Positions 37,299-47,717 of a stretch of 64,000 nt of DNA are shown here, piece after piece. The notes under the pieces are model-generated. The model had not been told where the DNA came from. It did no database searches and worked only from the letters and a program-made list of their open reading frames with translations. A program made the translations under genes and the position numbers. Location: NCBI GenBank assembly GCA_047602285.1, contig JASGHR010000001.1, forward strand, positions 1,326,638 to 1,390,637. Direction: 5' to 3'. Source of the stretch: Arachnia sp. (GTDB taxonomy: Bacteria; Actinomycetota; Actinomycetes; Propionibacteriales; Propionibacteriaceae). How positions within the stretch are numbered: position 1 is the first letter of the stretch; every line of letters begins with the position of its first letter.

Positions 37299-37320
37299 CG
37301 GCCGAGGCGGACGGGGTCGG

Positions 37321-38712
37321 CTACTCCGGCAGGGCGGCGACGATGTCCTGCACCGTCTCCTTGGCGTCGCCGAAGCACATCACCGAGTTCTCGTTGAAGA
37401 ACAGCGGATTCTGCACGCCGGCGTAGCCCGCGTTCATCGAACGCTTGAACACCACGACGGTGCCCGCCTCCCACACCCGCAGCACGGGCATGCCGGAGAT
37501 CGGCGAGCCGGGCTCCATGGCGGCCGGGTTGACCGTGTCGTTGGCGCCGATGACGAGCACGACGTCGACCTCACCGAAGTCGTCGTTGATCTCGTCCATC
37601 TCGTAGACGATGTCGTAGGGCACGTGGGCCTCCGCGAGCAGCACGTTCATGTGCCCGGGAAGGCGGCCCGCGACGGGGTGGATGCCGAAGCCGACCGTGG
37701 TGCCCGCGCGCCGCAGGCGTTCGGTCAGGTCGGCGACGGCGTGCTGCGCCTGAGCCACGGCCATGCCGTAGCCCGGGACGATCATCACGTTCTGCGCGTC
37801 CGCGAGCAGGCCTGCGACGTCCTGCCGCGAGGCCTCGCGGTACTCGCCCTGCTCGCCGCTCTCCGTGATGGCCACGGCGTCGCCGAAGCCGCCGAGGATG
37901 ACGGAGACGAACGAGCGGTTCATCGCCTTGCACATGATGAAGCTCAGGATCGCGCCGGACGCGCCGACGAGCGCGCCGGTGATGATCAGCACGGTCATGT
38001 CCAGCATGAAGCCGCTGGCCGCGGCGGCCCAGCCGGAGTAGGAGTTCAGCATCGACACGACCACCGGCATGTCCGCGCCGCCGATGGCGGCCACGAGGTG
38101 CGCGCCGAGCAGCAGCGAGAGGACGGTGGCGAGCGCCAGCGGGATGATCGAGCCGGTGGCCAGATACCACCAACCGAGCAGGGCCAGCGCCACGACGATC
38201 GCCAGGTTCAGCCAGTGCCGGCCCGGCAGCGTCAGCGGCTTGGACTTCACCTTGCCGTTGAGCTTGCCCCACGCCACGAGCGAGCCCGTGAACGTGACGG
38301 CGCCGATGAAGATGCCCAGGTAGACCTCGATCATGTGGAGCGCGTCGGCGCCGTGGTGGTCGAGGTGCACGTTGTAGCCCACGAGCACGGCGGCCGCACC
38401 CACGAAACTGTGCAGCAGCGCGATGAGCTCCGGCATGCCGGTCATCTGCACCTTGCGGGCCTTCCAGATGCCGATGAACGCGCCGATGGCGAGCGCCACG
38501 TAGAGCATCACGGCGGCGTCGGGCTGCAGGTTGTGGTTCGCGTAGTCGCGGTAGGCGATGGCGAAGTTCGTGGCGACCACCGCGAACACCATGCCCATGA
38601 TCCCGTACACGTTGCCCTTGCGGGCCGTCTCGTGCTTCGACAGCCCGGCCAGCGCCAGGATGAACATCAGCCCGGCGGCGATGTAGGTGGCGTTGATGAA
38701 GTTCGTCAGCAC
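37321..38712 (-). CDS. pntB: NAD(P) transhydrogenase subunit beta
   Basis: 463 aa: a polytopic N-terminal part plus the dIII NADP(H) domain (...[13 protein letters not shown]...[18 protein letters not shown]...). GTG start at 38712. Confidence 0.9.
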   Translation of the reverse strand: MLTNFINATYIAAGLMFILALAGLSKHETARKGNVYGIMGMVFAVVATNFAIAYRDYANHNLQPDAAVMLYVALAIGAFIGIWKARKVQMTGMPELIALLHSFVGAAAVLVGYNVHLDHHGADALHMIEVYLGIFIGAVTFTGSLVAWGKLNGKVKSKPLTLPGRHWLNLAIVVALALLGWWYLATGSIIPLALATVLSLLLGAHLVAAIGGADMPVVVSMLNSYSGWAAAASGFMLDMTVLIITGALVGASGAILSFIMCKAMNRSFVSVILGGFGDAVAITESGEQGEYREASRQDVAGLLADAQNVMIVPGYGMAVAQAQHAVADLTERLRRAGTTVGFGIHPVAGRLPGHMNVLLAEAHVPYDIVYEMDEINDDFGEVDVVLVIGANDTVNPAAMEPGSPISGMPVLRVWEAGTVVVFKRSMNAGYAGVQNPLFFNENSVMCFGDAKETVQDIVAALPE

Positions 38713-38715
38713 GGG

Positions 38716-40254
38716 TCAGCCCTTCCTGAACATCGACAGCATGCGGTGGGTCACCGTGAATCCGCCGAAGACGTTGATGGAGGCCAGCAGCACCGCCACG
38801 AAAGCCACGATCTTGACGGCGTAGCTCTCGCTGGCCAGCTGCGTCATGGCGCCGACGATGATGATGCCGCTGATGGCGTTGGTGACGCTCATCAACGGGG
38901 TGTGCAGCGCGTGCGTCACGTTCCAGACCACGTAGTAGCCGACGACGCCCGCGAGCGCGAAGATGCCGAACAGGCCGACGAAGCTGGCAGGCGCGACGGT
39001 GAGGACGGCGATCAGCACCACAGCCGCGACGCCCACGAGGACCACCTGGTGCCACCACGGGCGGGGCTCCTTGGCCGGCGCGGGCTCGGCGACGGCCGCC
39101 GGTGCCGCCGCAGGAGCGGGGGCGGCCGAGACCTCGATCGGCGGCGGCGGGAAGGTGATCTCCCCGTCGCGGACCGTGGTCATCGAGCGGACCACCTCGT
39201 CGTCGAAGTCGACGACGAGCTGCCCGTCCTTGCCCGGGGTCATCAGCGTGAGCGCGTTGACGAGGTTGGTGCCGTAGAGCTGCGACGACTGGCCGGGCAG
39301 GCGGCTCGCCAGGTCGGTCCAGCCGATGACGGTCACGCCGCCGTCGGTGACGTAGCTCTCGCCGGGCCTGGTCAGCTCGCAGTTACCGCCGCCGGCGGCC
39401 GCGAGGTCGACGATCACGGAGCCGGGCCGCATCGAGTCGACCATCTCGGCCGTGATCAGCCGCGGCGACTGGCGCCCGGGGATGGCCGCCGTCGTGACGA
39501 TGATGTCGACGTCGCGGGCCTGCTCGGCGTACAGCTCTGCCGCGCGGGCCGCGTAGTCGGCGCCCACCTCCTTGGCGTAGCCGTCCGAGCTGACACCCTG
39601 GTCGCCCGAGGCGACGTGCAGGAAGGTCGCGCCCATGGACTCGACCTGTTCGGCCGTCTCGGGCCGCACGTCCGTGGCGCGCACGATGGCGCCCAGCGAG
39701 TTGGCCGCGCCGATGGCGGCGAGGCCCGCCACGCCGGTGCCGATGACGAGGACCTTCGCCGGCGGGACCTTGCCCGCGGCGGTGACCTGGCCGGTGAAGA
39801 ACCGGCCGAAGGCGTGCGCGGCCTCCACGACGGCGCGGTAGCCGGAGATGTTGGCCATCGAGCTCAGCGCGTCGAGCGCCTGGGCGCGGCTGGTGCGCGG
39901 CACCATGTCCATGCTCAGCGCGGTGACGCCCCGGGCGGCGAGCCGCTCGGTCAGCGCCGCGTCCTGGCGGGGCCAGAGGAACGCGATCAGCGTCGCGCCG
40001 GGCCGCAGCAGGGCGAGCTGAGCGTCGGTCGGCGGGTTCACCGCCAGGACCACGTCGGCGCCCCAGGCGTCGGTGGCGGCGCCGATGACGGCACCCGCCT
40101 CGACGAAGGCCTCGTCCGGCAGGGCCGCGCGTGCGCCGGCCCCGGACTCGACGGTGACGTCGTAGCCGAGGCCGATGAGTTGGGTGACGGTCTTCGGTGT
40201 CGCAGCCACCCGGTTCTCGCCGGGGGCCGCCTCTATGGGAATGCCGATTCGCAT
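38716..40254 (-). CDS. pntA: NAD(P) transhydrogenase subunit alpha (fused dI + membrane part)
   Basis: The ORF was trimmed to the ATG at 40254 ([20 protein letters not shown]...). It has an alanine-dehydrogenase-like dI domain with [15 protein letters not shown], then C-terminal transmembrane helices. Confidence 0.9.
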   Translation of the reverse strand: MRIGIPIEAAPGENRVAATPKTVTQLIGLGYDVTVESGAGARAALPDEAFVEAGAVIGAATDAWGADVVLAVNPPTDAQLALLRPGATLIAFLWPRQDAALTERLAARGVTALSMDMVPRTSRAQALDALSSMANISGYRAVVEAAHAFGRFFTGQVTAAGKVPPAKVLVIGTGVAGLAAIGAANSLGAIVRATDVRPETAEQVESMGATFLHVASGDQGVSSDGYAKEVGADYAARAAELYAEQARDVDIIVTTAAIPGRQSPRLITAEMVDSMRPGSVIVDLAAAGGGNCELTRPGESYVTDGGVTVIGWTDLASRLPGQSSQLYGTNLVNALTLMTPGKDGQLVVDFDDEVVRSMTTVRDGEITFPPPPIEVSAAPAPAAAPAAVAEPAPAKEPRPWWHQVVLVGVAAVVLIAVLTVAPASFVGLFGIFALAGVVGYYVVWNVTHALHTPLMSVTNAISGIIIVGAMTQLASESYAVKIVAFVAVLLASINVFGGFTVTHRMLSMFRKG

Positions 40255-40321
40255 AACCAGAACCGTATCGGGTGCCCCTCGCGCACCCTCCACCGGGGTC
40301 GGCCGGGGATAAGCGCCGGCG

Positions 40322-40735
40322 TTACGCCTTGTCGGAGGGCAGTCGGGAGACGAACCGCTCCGCGTTGACCACGCCTCGCCGGTGGCTGCCCGTGCTGATC
40401 GTGGCGTACTCGTCGGCCGCCACGACGTCGAACGCGACCGCGCGGCCCGCCACCTCCGTCACGGTGACGTCGATGCGGACCGTGGAGCCCGGCACGGTGG
40501 GTGCCACGTGCGAGACGTCGACGTGCGTGCCGAGGCTGATCTCGCCCTCCTCGAGGTGCGGCGCGATGGCCTGCATGCACGCCCATTCGATGATGCCCAC
40601 CAGGTAGCCGGTGGCCAGCACCGGGGGCATGCCTGTGAACTCGGGGGCCTCCGGCAGCAGGTTGGGCACGGTGCGCTCCGCGGGGACGACGTACTCCATG
40701 GTGTGCGCGATGCCCGCGCGCAGCGTGTCGAGCAT
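40322..40735 (-). CDS. hotdog-fold thioesterase family protein
   Basis: 137 aa. ...[18 protein letters not shown]...[12 protein letters not shown] resembles FlK-like / thioesterase superfamily members. Confidence 0.6.
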   Translation of the reverse strand: MLDTLRAGIAHTMEYVVPAERTVPNLLPEAPEFTGMPPVLATGYLVGIIEWACMQAIAPHLEEGEISLGTHVDVSHVAPTVPGSTVRIDVTVTEVAGRAVAFDVVAADEYATISTGSHRRGVVNAERFVSRLPSDKA

Positions 40736-40758
40736 GGGTTCTCCTTCGAACGTGGCCG

Positions 40759-42189
40759 TCAGAGTACCGCGCCCGGGCGGTAGGCCGCGGCCACCGGATC
40801 CGCGGCGACGACCTCGGCGACCTGCGCGGCGATCCGCGCCACCTGGTCCTCAGCCGTGCCCGCCAGCTCCAGCGGGCTGACCACGAGCGCGCCGAGCTCC
40901 TCGCGCGTCAGGCCGAGGCGCTCGTCGGCCGCCAGCCGGTCGAGCAGGTCGTTCTCCTTGGCGCCCTTGCGGAGCTCCAACGCCACCGCGACGGCGTGCT
41001 CCTTGATGGCCTCGTGCGCCACCTCGCGGCCCACGCCCTTGCGGACGGCGGCCATCAGCACCTTGGTGGTGGTGAGGAACGGCAGGTAGCGGGACAGCTC
41101 GGCCTCGATCACGGCCGGGAAGGCACCGAAGTCGGCCAGCACGGTCAGGAAGGTCTCGAACAGGCCGTCGAGCGCGAAGAACGCGTCGGGCAGCGCGACG
41201 CGGCGGACGACGGAGCAGGACACGTCGCCCTCGTTCCACTGGTCGCCGGCCAGCTCGCCGATCATCGACACGTAGCCGCGCACCACGACCGCCAGGCCGT
41301 TGACGCGCTCGCACGAGCGAGTGTTCATCTTGTGCGGCATCGCCGACGAGCCGACCTGGCCCTCCTTGAAGCCCTCCGTGACCAGCTCGATGCCGGCCAT
41401 CAGCCGGATGGTGGTGGCCACGTTCGACGGCGCCGCGGAGATCTGGGCGAGCGCGGTCACCGCGTCGTAGTCCAGCGAACGCGGGTAGACCTGGCCCGTC
41501 GACGTCAGCACCTGCGCGAACCCGAGCTCCTGCGCGATGCGGCGCTCCAGCTCGGCCAGCTTGCCCGCGTCGCCGCCGAGGAGGTCGAGCATGTCCTGCG
41601 CGGTGCCCACCGGCCCCTTGATGCCGCGCGCCGGGTAGCGGCCGATGAGGTCGTCGAGCCGCGCGAGGGCGACCAGCAGCTCGTCGGCCGCCGTCGCGAA
41701 CCGCTTGCCGAGCGTGGTGAGCTGCGCCGCGACGTTGTGCGAGCGGCCGGTGAGCGGCTGGTCGGCGTACTGCACGGCCAGCCGGGACAGCTGCGCGAGG
41801 GCGGCGACGACGCGCACCCGGATGACGCGCAGCGACTCGAGCACCTGCAGCTGCTCGATGTTCTCGGTCAGGTCGCGCGACGTCATGCCCTTGTGGATGT
41901 GCTCGTGGCCCGCGAGGTCGTTGAACTCCTCGATCCGCGCCTTCACGTCGTGCCGCGTCACGCGCTCGCGGGCGTTGATCGAGGCCAGGTCCACCTGGTC
42001 GATCACCCGCTCGTAGTCGGCGATCACGGCGTCGGGGTCAGCGCCGCCGAAGTCCACCCCCAGGTCCCGCTGGGCGCGCAGCACGGCGAGCCACAGCCGT
42101 CGCTCGGAGACGATCTTGGCCTCGGGGGCCCAGATGTCGCGCAGCTGGGCGGACGCGTAGCGGTTGGCAAGGACGTTCGGAACGCTCAT
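40759..42189 (-). CDS. purB: adenylosuccinate lyase
   Basis: The ORF was trimmed to the ATG at 42189 (MSVPNVLANRYAS...). The fumarate-lyase signature GSSAMPHKMNTRSCE is present. Confidence 0.9.
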   Translation of the reverse strand: MSVPNVLANRYASAQLRDIWAPEAKIVSERRLWLAVLRAQRDLGVDFGGADPDAVIADYERVIDQVDLASINARERVTRHDVKARIEEFNDLAGHEHIHKGMTSRDLTENIEQLQVLESLRVIRVRVVAALAQLSRLAVQYADQPLTGRSHNVAAQLTTLGKRFATAADELLVALARLDDLIGRYPARGIKGPVGTAQDMLDLLGGDAGKLAELERRIAQELGFAQVLTSTGQVYPRSLDYDAVTALAQISAAPSNVATTIRLMAGIELVTEGFKEGQVGSSAMPHKMNTRSCERVNGLAVVVRGYVSMIGELAGDQWNEGDVSCSVVRRVALPDAFFALDGLFETFLTVLADFGAFPAVIEAELSRYLPFLTTTKVLMAAVRKGVGREVAHEAIKEHAVAVALELRKGAKENDLLDRLAADERLGLTREELGALVVSPLELAGTAEDQVARIAAQVAEVVAADPVAAAYRPGAVL

Positions 42190-42394
42190 GGGCGCAGATT
42201 CTAGTGTCCCGGAAGGGTCGTGCCTCACGCCCGCGCCCTCGCGAGCGGCCTTGCGCATTGGCAAGCAGCTCCTCCGACAGGCTCTTTCTTTTTCACAAGC
42301 TAGGGCATGCGATTCCAAAAAAGATGAAAGACATTCGGCAGTTTGCCGCTGGGCACTAGAAATCTTCCGTAAGCACTCCTACCGTTGGGGGCGT

Positions 42395-42411
42395 TCACGA
42401 GGCCCTCGTGA
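42395..42411. promoter_or_regulatory. candidate operator upstream of the sugar ABC operon
   Basis: TCACGAGG-C-CCTCGTGA is a perfect 8-bp inverted repeat. It lies about 30 nt upstream of the binding-protein start, at the edge of a locally AT-rich stretch (about 42280-42400). Confidence 0.3.
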
Positions 42412-42441
42412 GTTCACATCGACGTGAGGAGAACACCCACA

Positions 42442-43782
42442 ATGCTTACTCGTAAGACCGCCGTCTTGGCGGGCGCCACCGCGCTGGCGCTGGCGGTTGC
42501 AGGCTGCGCTGGTGGGGCGAGCAAGCCGAATCCCACCACCAATCCCGGGAGCAGCAACGCCGCCGGCGGCAACACCGTCACCTTCCGCTCGTGGAGCCCC
42601 ATCGAGCAGACCACCAAGCAGATGATCGAGGCGTTCACCGCCGACAACGCGGGCGTGACGATCGACTCCGCCATCTTCAACTACCCCGAGTACCTCGTCG
42701 ATCTCCAGACGAGGGCCGGCTCCAACACGATGCCCGACGTGATGGGCCTCCAGCCGGGCGCCCTGACTCAGCAGTACCGCTCGAACCTGATGCCGCTGCA
42801 GGAGTGCGCGGCGAAGATCTGGGGCGCCGACTGGGAGAAGAAGTTCTTCCCCATCGGCCTCGAGCAGGCCCGCCTCGGCAACCCCGAGGGCGACGAGAAC
42901 TACTACACGCTGCCGCTGCTGACCCAGACCGTGAACATGTGGGCCAACACCAAGATCTTCGAGGAGACGAACCAGCAGATCCCGAAGACCTGGGACGAGT
43001 TGGTCGCCGTCACCAAGGCGATGGCAGGCAAGGACTACGCGCCCTTCCTGCTGCCCGCCAAGGACTCCTGGCTGCGCAACGTCGTGTTCCTGCAGATCGC
43101 CAACAACATCAACCCCGGCCTGCCGTACCGCGCCGAGAGCGGCGAGGACTCCTGGACCAACCCGGACATCGTCAAAGCCCTCGAGTACTGGCAGAAGCTG
43201 TTCACCGACGGCATCGCGCAGAGCGGCGCCATCGGCCTCGACGCCTACCCGAGCGGCGCCAACCAGTTCGAGGCGGGCAACGCCGCGATGATCCCGCTCG
43301 GTGCGTGGTGGATCCAGCAGTCCGACCCGACGAAGGCCGACATCCCCGAGCTGTCGCAGGGCATGCAGGGCTTCATGCCCTTCCTGTTCCCGACCATCCC
43401 GGGCGGCGCGGCCGAGTCGCAGCTGGTCGGCGGCATGGACGTCGGCCTCGGCATCTCGAAGAACACCGCCAACCCGGACCTGGCGTGCAAGGTGCTGACC
43501 GAGTTCATCGCAGGCAAGCCGGCGCAGAAGCTCATCAACACCATGAACGACGTCCCCGCCGTCGAGGGCCTCACCCCCGAGACGTTCACGAGCGATCGCC
43601 AGAAGGAGATCTGGGAGCTCTTCATGAACGACTGGCTGCCGAACACGAAGTACTCGCGCTACTTCAAGTCTCCCGAGATGGACCAGGCGGTGGGCGACGC
43701 CCTCGCCGCCGTCGCCACCGGTGACAAGACGCCCGCCGATGCGGCGGCCGACATCCAGAAGGCGCAGGACGCGCTCGGCTGA
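42442..43782 (+). CDS. carbohydrate ABC transporter substrate-binding lipoprotein (family 1)
   Basis: ATG at 42442 lies 10 nt after GAGGAG. Lipobox is LAVAGCAG, followed by an extracellular solute-binding sequence. Confidence 0.8.
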   Translation: MLTRKTAVLAGATALALAVAGCAGGASKPNPTTNPGSSNAAGGNTVTFRSWSPIEQTTKQMIEAFTADNAGVTIDSAIFNYPEYLVDLQTRAGSNTMPDVMGLQPGALTQQYRSNLMPLQECAAKIWGADWEKKFFPIGLEQARLGNPEGDENYYTLPLLTQTVNMWANTKIFEETNQQIPKTWDELVAVTKAMAGKDYAPFLLPAKDSWLRNVVFLQIANNINPGLPYRAESGEDSWTNPDIVKALEYWQKLFTDGIAQSGAIGLDAYPSGANQFEAGNAAMIPLGAWWIQQSDPTKADIPELSQGMQGFMPFLFPTIPGGAAESQLVGGMDVGLGISKNTANPDLACKVLTEFIAGKPAQKLINTMNDVPAVEGLTPETFTSDRQKEIWELFMNDWLPNTKYSRYFKSPEMDQAVGDALAAVATGDKTPADAAADIQKAQDALG

Positions 43783-43789
43783 TCACCCG

Positions 43790-43821
43790 GTGCGGCGCTC
43801 CCTGGCGGGGGCGCCGCACCT
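43790..43821 (+). other. intercistronic stem-loop after the binding-protein gene
   Basis: GGTGCGGCGC (43790-43799) and GCGCCGCACC (43812-43821) form a perfect 10-bp stem. The AAGGAGA RBS of the next gene follows immediately. Confidence 0.5.
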
Positions 43822-43838
43822 CCTTCAAGGAGACCCCT

Positions 43839-44729
43839 ATGTCACAACTCTGGCGCGAGCGCCTGGTCGGCCTGGCCTTCCTCCTCCCCGCCCTGCTGTT
43901 GTTCGCGGTGTTCGTGGTGTACCCCATCGTCTACAACGTGCAGGCCTCGACCCTCGACTGGGACGGCGTCAATGAGGGCACGTTCGTCGGCCTCGACAAC
44001 TACCGCGAGCTCATCGGCGACTCCGTGTTCCACCGCTCGCTGGTCAACTCGGCGCTGTGGATCCCGCTGACGATCATCCCGCAGGGCCTCTTCGGATTCC
44101 TCCTGGCCGTGGCGCTCAACCAGAAGCTGCGCGGCAGCACGATCTACCGGGCGCTCTTCTTCATCCCCGCGATCCTCTCGCCGGTGGTCGTCGGCATCGT
44201 GTGGCAGCGGATCATGGACCCGTTCAACGGCGTCCTGAAGCAGGTCGGCAAGGCCACCGGGCTGGAGTTCCTGACCAACAACTACCTGTCCGACCCGAAG
44301 ACCGCGATCTTCGCCGTCATCTTCGTCAACGTCTGGATGTGGACCGGCTTCTCGATGCTGTTCTACCTCGCGGGCCTGCAGCTGATCGACCCGAGCGTGC
44401 TCGAAGCCGCGAAGATCGACGGCGCCAGCGGCTTCCAGACCCTGACCAGGATCACGTTCCCGCTGCTCAAGTCGACGACGCTCTCACTCGTGCTGCTCGG
44501 CATCATCGGCTCGCTCAAGACATTCGAGCTCGTCTACGTGATGACGGAGGGCGGCCCCAACCACGCCTCCGAGATGCTGCCGACATTCGCGTTCCTCGAG
44601 GCGTTCAAGCTGCAGAACGTCGGCTACGCCTCAGCCATCTCGATGGTCCTGCTGGTCATCGCCATCGTCAGTTCACTTTCCATGGTCCGCGTCTTCGGCG
44701 CCGGCTTCATGACAGGGAGCGAGAAATGA
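43839..44729 (+). CDS. carbohydrate ABC transporter permease (MalF/UgpA-like)
   Basis: 296-aa polytopic protein with the EAA-like loop ...EAAKIDGASGFQTLTRITFPLL. Confidence 0.85.
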   Translation: MSQLWRERLVGLAFLLPALLLFAVFVVYPIVYNVQASTLDWDGVNEGTFVGLDNYRELIGDSVFHRSLVNSALWIPLTIIPQGLFGFLLAVALNQKLRGSTIYRALFFIPAILSPVVVGIVWQRIMDPFNGVLKQVGKATGLEFLTNNYLSDPKTAIFAVIFVNVWMWTGFSMLFYLAGLQLIDPSVLEAAKIDGASGFQTLTRITFPLLKSTTLSLVLLGIIGSLKTFELVYVMTEGGPNHASEMLPTFAFLEAFKLQNVGYASAISMVLLVIAIVSSLSMVRVFGAGFMTGSEK

Positions 44730-45589
44730 GCACCCCCACCACCGACGTCGCGCAGTACAAGAAGGGCCGCGGCGGGCAGAAGGTGCCCCGATGGCTGCAC
44801 GCCATCCTCATCCCCGTCGCCTTCCTCTGGATGGTGCCGCTGATGATGGTGGTCAGCTGGTCGATGATGCCGCCGGAGAACTCGCGCACCAGCTTCTTCG
44901 GGCTGTTCCCCGAGCAGTGGTCGGTCAAGAACTACGTCCTCATCTGGACGCAGAACCCGATCCTCCAGCACCTCCTCAACAGCCTGATGATCGCCGTGCC
45001 TTCGGTGCTGCTCACCTGCCTGCTGGGCGCGATGTCGGCCTTCGCGCTCGCCCGGCTGCGGGTGCCACTGAAGGCGCTGATCTTCGGCACGCTGCTGCTC
45101 GCGCTGATCCTGCCGATGTCGAGCATCGTCGTCGCCACGTACAAGATCCTCCAGTCGATGAGCCTGTACAACAACATCGTCGGCCTGGTGCTGGTGTACA
45201 CGGCGCTCGGCCTGCCGTTCGCCGTCATCACCATCCGCACCTCGTACCTCGCCATCCCGATGGAGACCTACGAGGCCGCGCGGATCGACGGCTGCAACGC
45301 CTGGCAGATCCTGTGGCGGATGTACCTGCCGCTCGGCAAGCCCGCGCTCGCCGTCGTGGCCATCTGGCAGACGATGATGACCTGGAACGACTTCCTGCTG
45401 CCGCTGGTCACCCTGAGCGACAACAACCTGAAGCCGCTCACGCTCGTGCCGCTGGCCTACCGGGGCATCTACCTCAGCCAGCCGGGCGCGCTGTTCGCGA
45501 TCCTGGTGTTGATCTCCATCCCGGTGATCGGGCTGTTCATCGCGGTTCAGCGCTACCTGGTCAACGGCCTCGCGGGGGCGGTCAAGTGA
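44726..45589 (+). CDS. carbohydrate ABC transporter permease (MalG/UgpE-like)
   Basis: ATG at 44726 forms an ATGA overlap with the upstream gene. The EAA loop is YEAARIDGCNAWQILWRMYLPL. Confidence 0.85.
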   Translation: MSTPTTDVAQYKKGRGGQKVPRWLHAILIPVAFLWMVPLMMVVSWSMMPPENSRTSFFGLFPEQWSVKNYVLIWTQNPILQHLLNSLMIAVPSVLLTCLLGAMSAFALARLRVPLKALIFGTLLLALILPMSSIVVATYKILQSMSLYNNIVGLVLVYTALGLPFAVITIRTSYLAIPMETYEAARIDGCNAWQILWRMYLPLGKPALAVVAIWQTMMTWNDFLLPLVTLSDNNLKPLTLVPLAYRGIYLSQPGALFAILVLISIPVIGLFIAVQRYLVNGLAGAVK

Positions 45590-47073
45590 GCGTTCTCGGG
45601 ATCGACCTCGGAACCAGCGGGATCCGGGTTGCCGCCTATGCGCTCGACGGCCGCGAGCTAGCCGCCGAGAGCAGGGACCTCGTCCTCAGCCGTCCGGCGC
45701 CCGGCCGGGTCGAGCACAGCATCGCCGACATCCGCTCCGCCGTGGAGACCGCCGTCTCGACGGTGGCCGCGCGCGAGGGGCTGCGCGGCGACCCTGTCGC
45801 GGCGCTCTCCTTCAGCGTGCTCGGGGAGGCCGTGCTGCCGGTCGACGACGACGGCGCGCCGCTGGGCCCCGTCGTGGTCAGCATGGACGACCGCGGCACA
45901 GGGCCGGCCGCGCGCATCGCGGCGGAGGTTTCGTCCGCGCGGTTCCATGCGATCACCGGCCAGCCGCTGCACCCCATGTTCTCCGCGTTCAAGATCGCGG
46001 CCGAGCACGCGTGGCGCGACGCCGCCCGCTACCTCACCGTCGGCGAGTACTTCACGCTGCTCTGGACCGGCGAGGCCGCCGTCGACTACGGCATGGCCGC
46101 GCGGACCGGGCTGTTCGACGTCGACCGTCGCGCATGGAGCGACGACCTGCTCGGCGCCTTCGGGCGGTTCGCGCCGTGGCTGACGCCGGATCGGCTCTCG
46201 CGGCCCGGACCGAGCGGCAGCGCGGTGGGCACCGTGCGACCCGCGGTCGCCGAGCGGCTCGGCCTGCCGGCCGGCGTCGTCGTCGCACTGGGCACGCACG
46301 ACCAGGCGGCCGCCTACCTGGGTGTCGGCGGGCGGGCCGGTGTGCGCTCCTGCATCAGCCTCGGCTCGTCCGACTGTTTCACCGTCGGCTCCCTCGCGCG
46401 CCCGCAGGGCTTCGACGACACCGGCCTCGCCTCCTACCCCATCGACGACGAGACGTGGATCACGCTCGCCGGCACCGCCGCGGGCGGCTGGGCGCTGGAA
46501 TGGGTGACGCGGCTCGTCGGGCGCGAACGGGTCGGCGACGTGTTCGACGACCTGAGCCCCACCCCTCCCCCGCTGATCGTGCTGCCGTACCTGCGCGGCT
46601 CCGGCACCCTCGACAACGACCCCGCGGCCACCGGCACCGTCCACGGCCTCACCCTGGAGACCAGCCTGCCCGAGCTGGCGCGCTCGTTCGTCGAGGCCTC
46701 CGGGCTGGAGTTCGCCAAGATCGCGGCCGCATTCGAGGCGCGCGGGGTCGACCCCGGCGCGCTCGTCGTGGCCGGCGGCGGAGGACGCAACGCGGCCGCG
46801 CTCCAAGCCCGCGCCAACGCGCTGGGCCGCCCACTCGCCGTCGCCGCCGACAACGCCTCCTGCCGCGGAGCCGCCCTGCTCGCCGCCCGTGCGATCGGAC
46901 TCGGCGACGCGTTCGCCGCCACCCTCGACAGCGCCTCCGCGCCGCTCGCGCCCGAGCAGGAGCACCTGGCCTGGTACGCGTCGCAGCGACAGACCTATGT
47001 CGCCCTGCGCGACGCCACGGCCCACCTCACCCCGAACCCCTCCACCCAAACCCATCATGAGGAGAAGAAATGA
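45586..47073 (+). CDS. FGGY-family carbohydrate kinase
   Basis: GTG at 45586 forms a GTGA overlap. The N-terminal motif LGIDLGTSGIRVAAY is present. About 495 aa, trimmed from the 760-aa ORF. Confidence 0.75.
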   Translation: MSVLGIDLGTSGIRVAAYALDGRELAAESRDLVLSRPAPGRVEHSIADIRSAVETAVSTVAAREGLRGDPVAALSFSVLGEAVLPVDDDGAPLGPVVVSMDDRGTGPAARIAAEVSSARFHAITGQPLHPMFSAFKIAAEHAWRDAARYLTVGEYFTLLWTGEAAVDYGMAARTGLFDVDRRAWSDDLLGAFGRFAPWLTPDRLSRPGPSGSAVGTVRPAVAERLGLPAGVVVALGTHDQAAAYLGVGGRAGVRSCISLGSSDCFTVGSLARPQGFDDTGLASYPIDDETWITLAGTAAGGWALEWVTRLVGRERVGDVFDDLSPTPPPLIVLPYLRGSGTLDNDPAATGTVHGLTLETSLPELARSFVEASGLEFAKIAAAFEARGVDPGALVVAGGGGRNAAALQARANALGRPLAVAADNASCRGAALLAARAIGLGDAFAATLDSASAPLAPEQEHLAWYASQRQTYVALRDATAHLTPNPSTQTHHEEKK

Positions 47074-47714
47074 TTGACCCGTCGTTCGACATCAAGCAGG
47101 CCCGCGAAGAGATCCTCGAGTACTGCCTGCGTTCCATGGAGTACGGCCTCAACTTCAACACCCAGGGCAACATCAGCATCCGGGTGCCGGGCGACGAGGA
47201 GCTCTTCCTGATCACCCCCACCGACCTCGAGTACGACAAGATGAATCCCGAGGACATCGTGCTCGTCAACGACCGCTACGAGGTGCTCGACGGGCACCTC
47301 GAGCCGTCGTCGGAAGTCACCGTGCATGTCGCGGTGTACAAGCGCCGGCCCGACGTGCAGGCCATCGTGCACTCCGAGCCCGTCTACACCAACGTGTGGG
47401 GCGTCGTCGGGGAGCCGATTCTCGGCACGCTGGTGAACATGGTGATCTACACCAAGGGCGACGTGCCGATCATGCCGTTCGAACTCAGCAACAACGCCGT
47501 GTTCGGCGACCACATGTGCGACGTGATGGGCGACCTGAACGCCGTCGTCTGGGCCAACCACGGCCTCCTCACCGTCGGCCCGGACCTGCGCACCGCGTTC
47601 AAGACCAGCGTCGCCGTCGAGTCGGCGGCCAAGGTGCTGGCCTATGCCCGCGCCATCACCCCCGACCCGATCGTGCTCGAGTTCGACAAGCTCGGCATCG
47701 ACCACTCCCTCTGA
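47070..47714 (+). CDS. class II aldolase/adducin-family protein (fuculose-P aldolase / ribulose-5-P epimerase-like)
   Basis: 214 aa with ...GNISIRV...ITPT...EV.VH..VY..RPDV.AIVH.H.... ATGA overlap with the kinase gene. Confidence 0.7.
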   Translation: MIDPSFDIKQAREEILEYCLRSMEYGLNFNTQGNISIRVPGDEELFLITPTDLEYDKMNPEDIVLVNDRYEVLDGHLEPSSEVTVHVAVYKRRPDVQAIVHSEPVYTNVWGVVGEPILGTLVNMVIYTKGDVPIMPFELSNNAVFGDHMCDVMGDLNAVVWANHGLLTVGPDLRTAFKTSVAVESAAKVLAYARAITPDPIVLEFDKLGIDHSL

Positions 47715-47717
47715 CAG

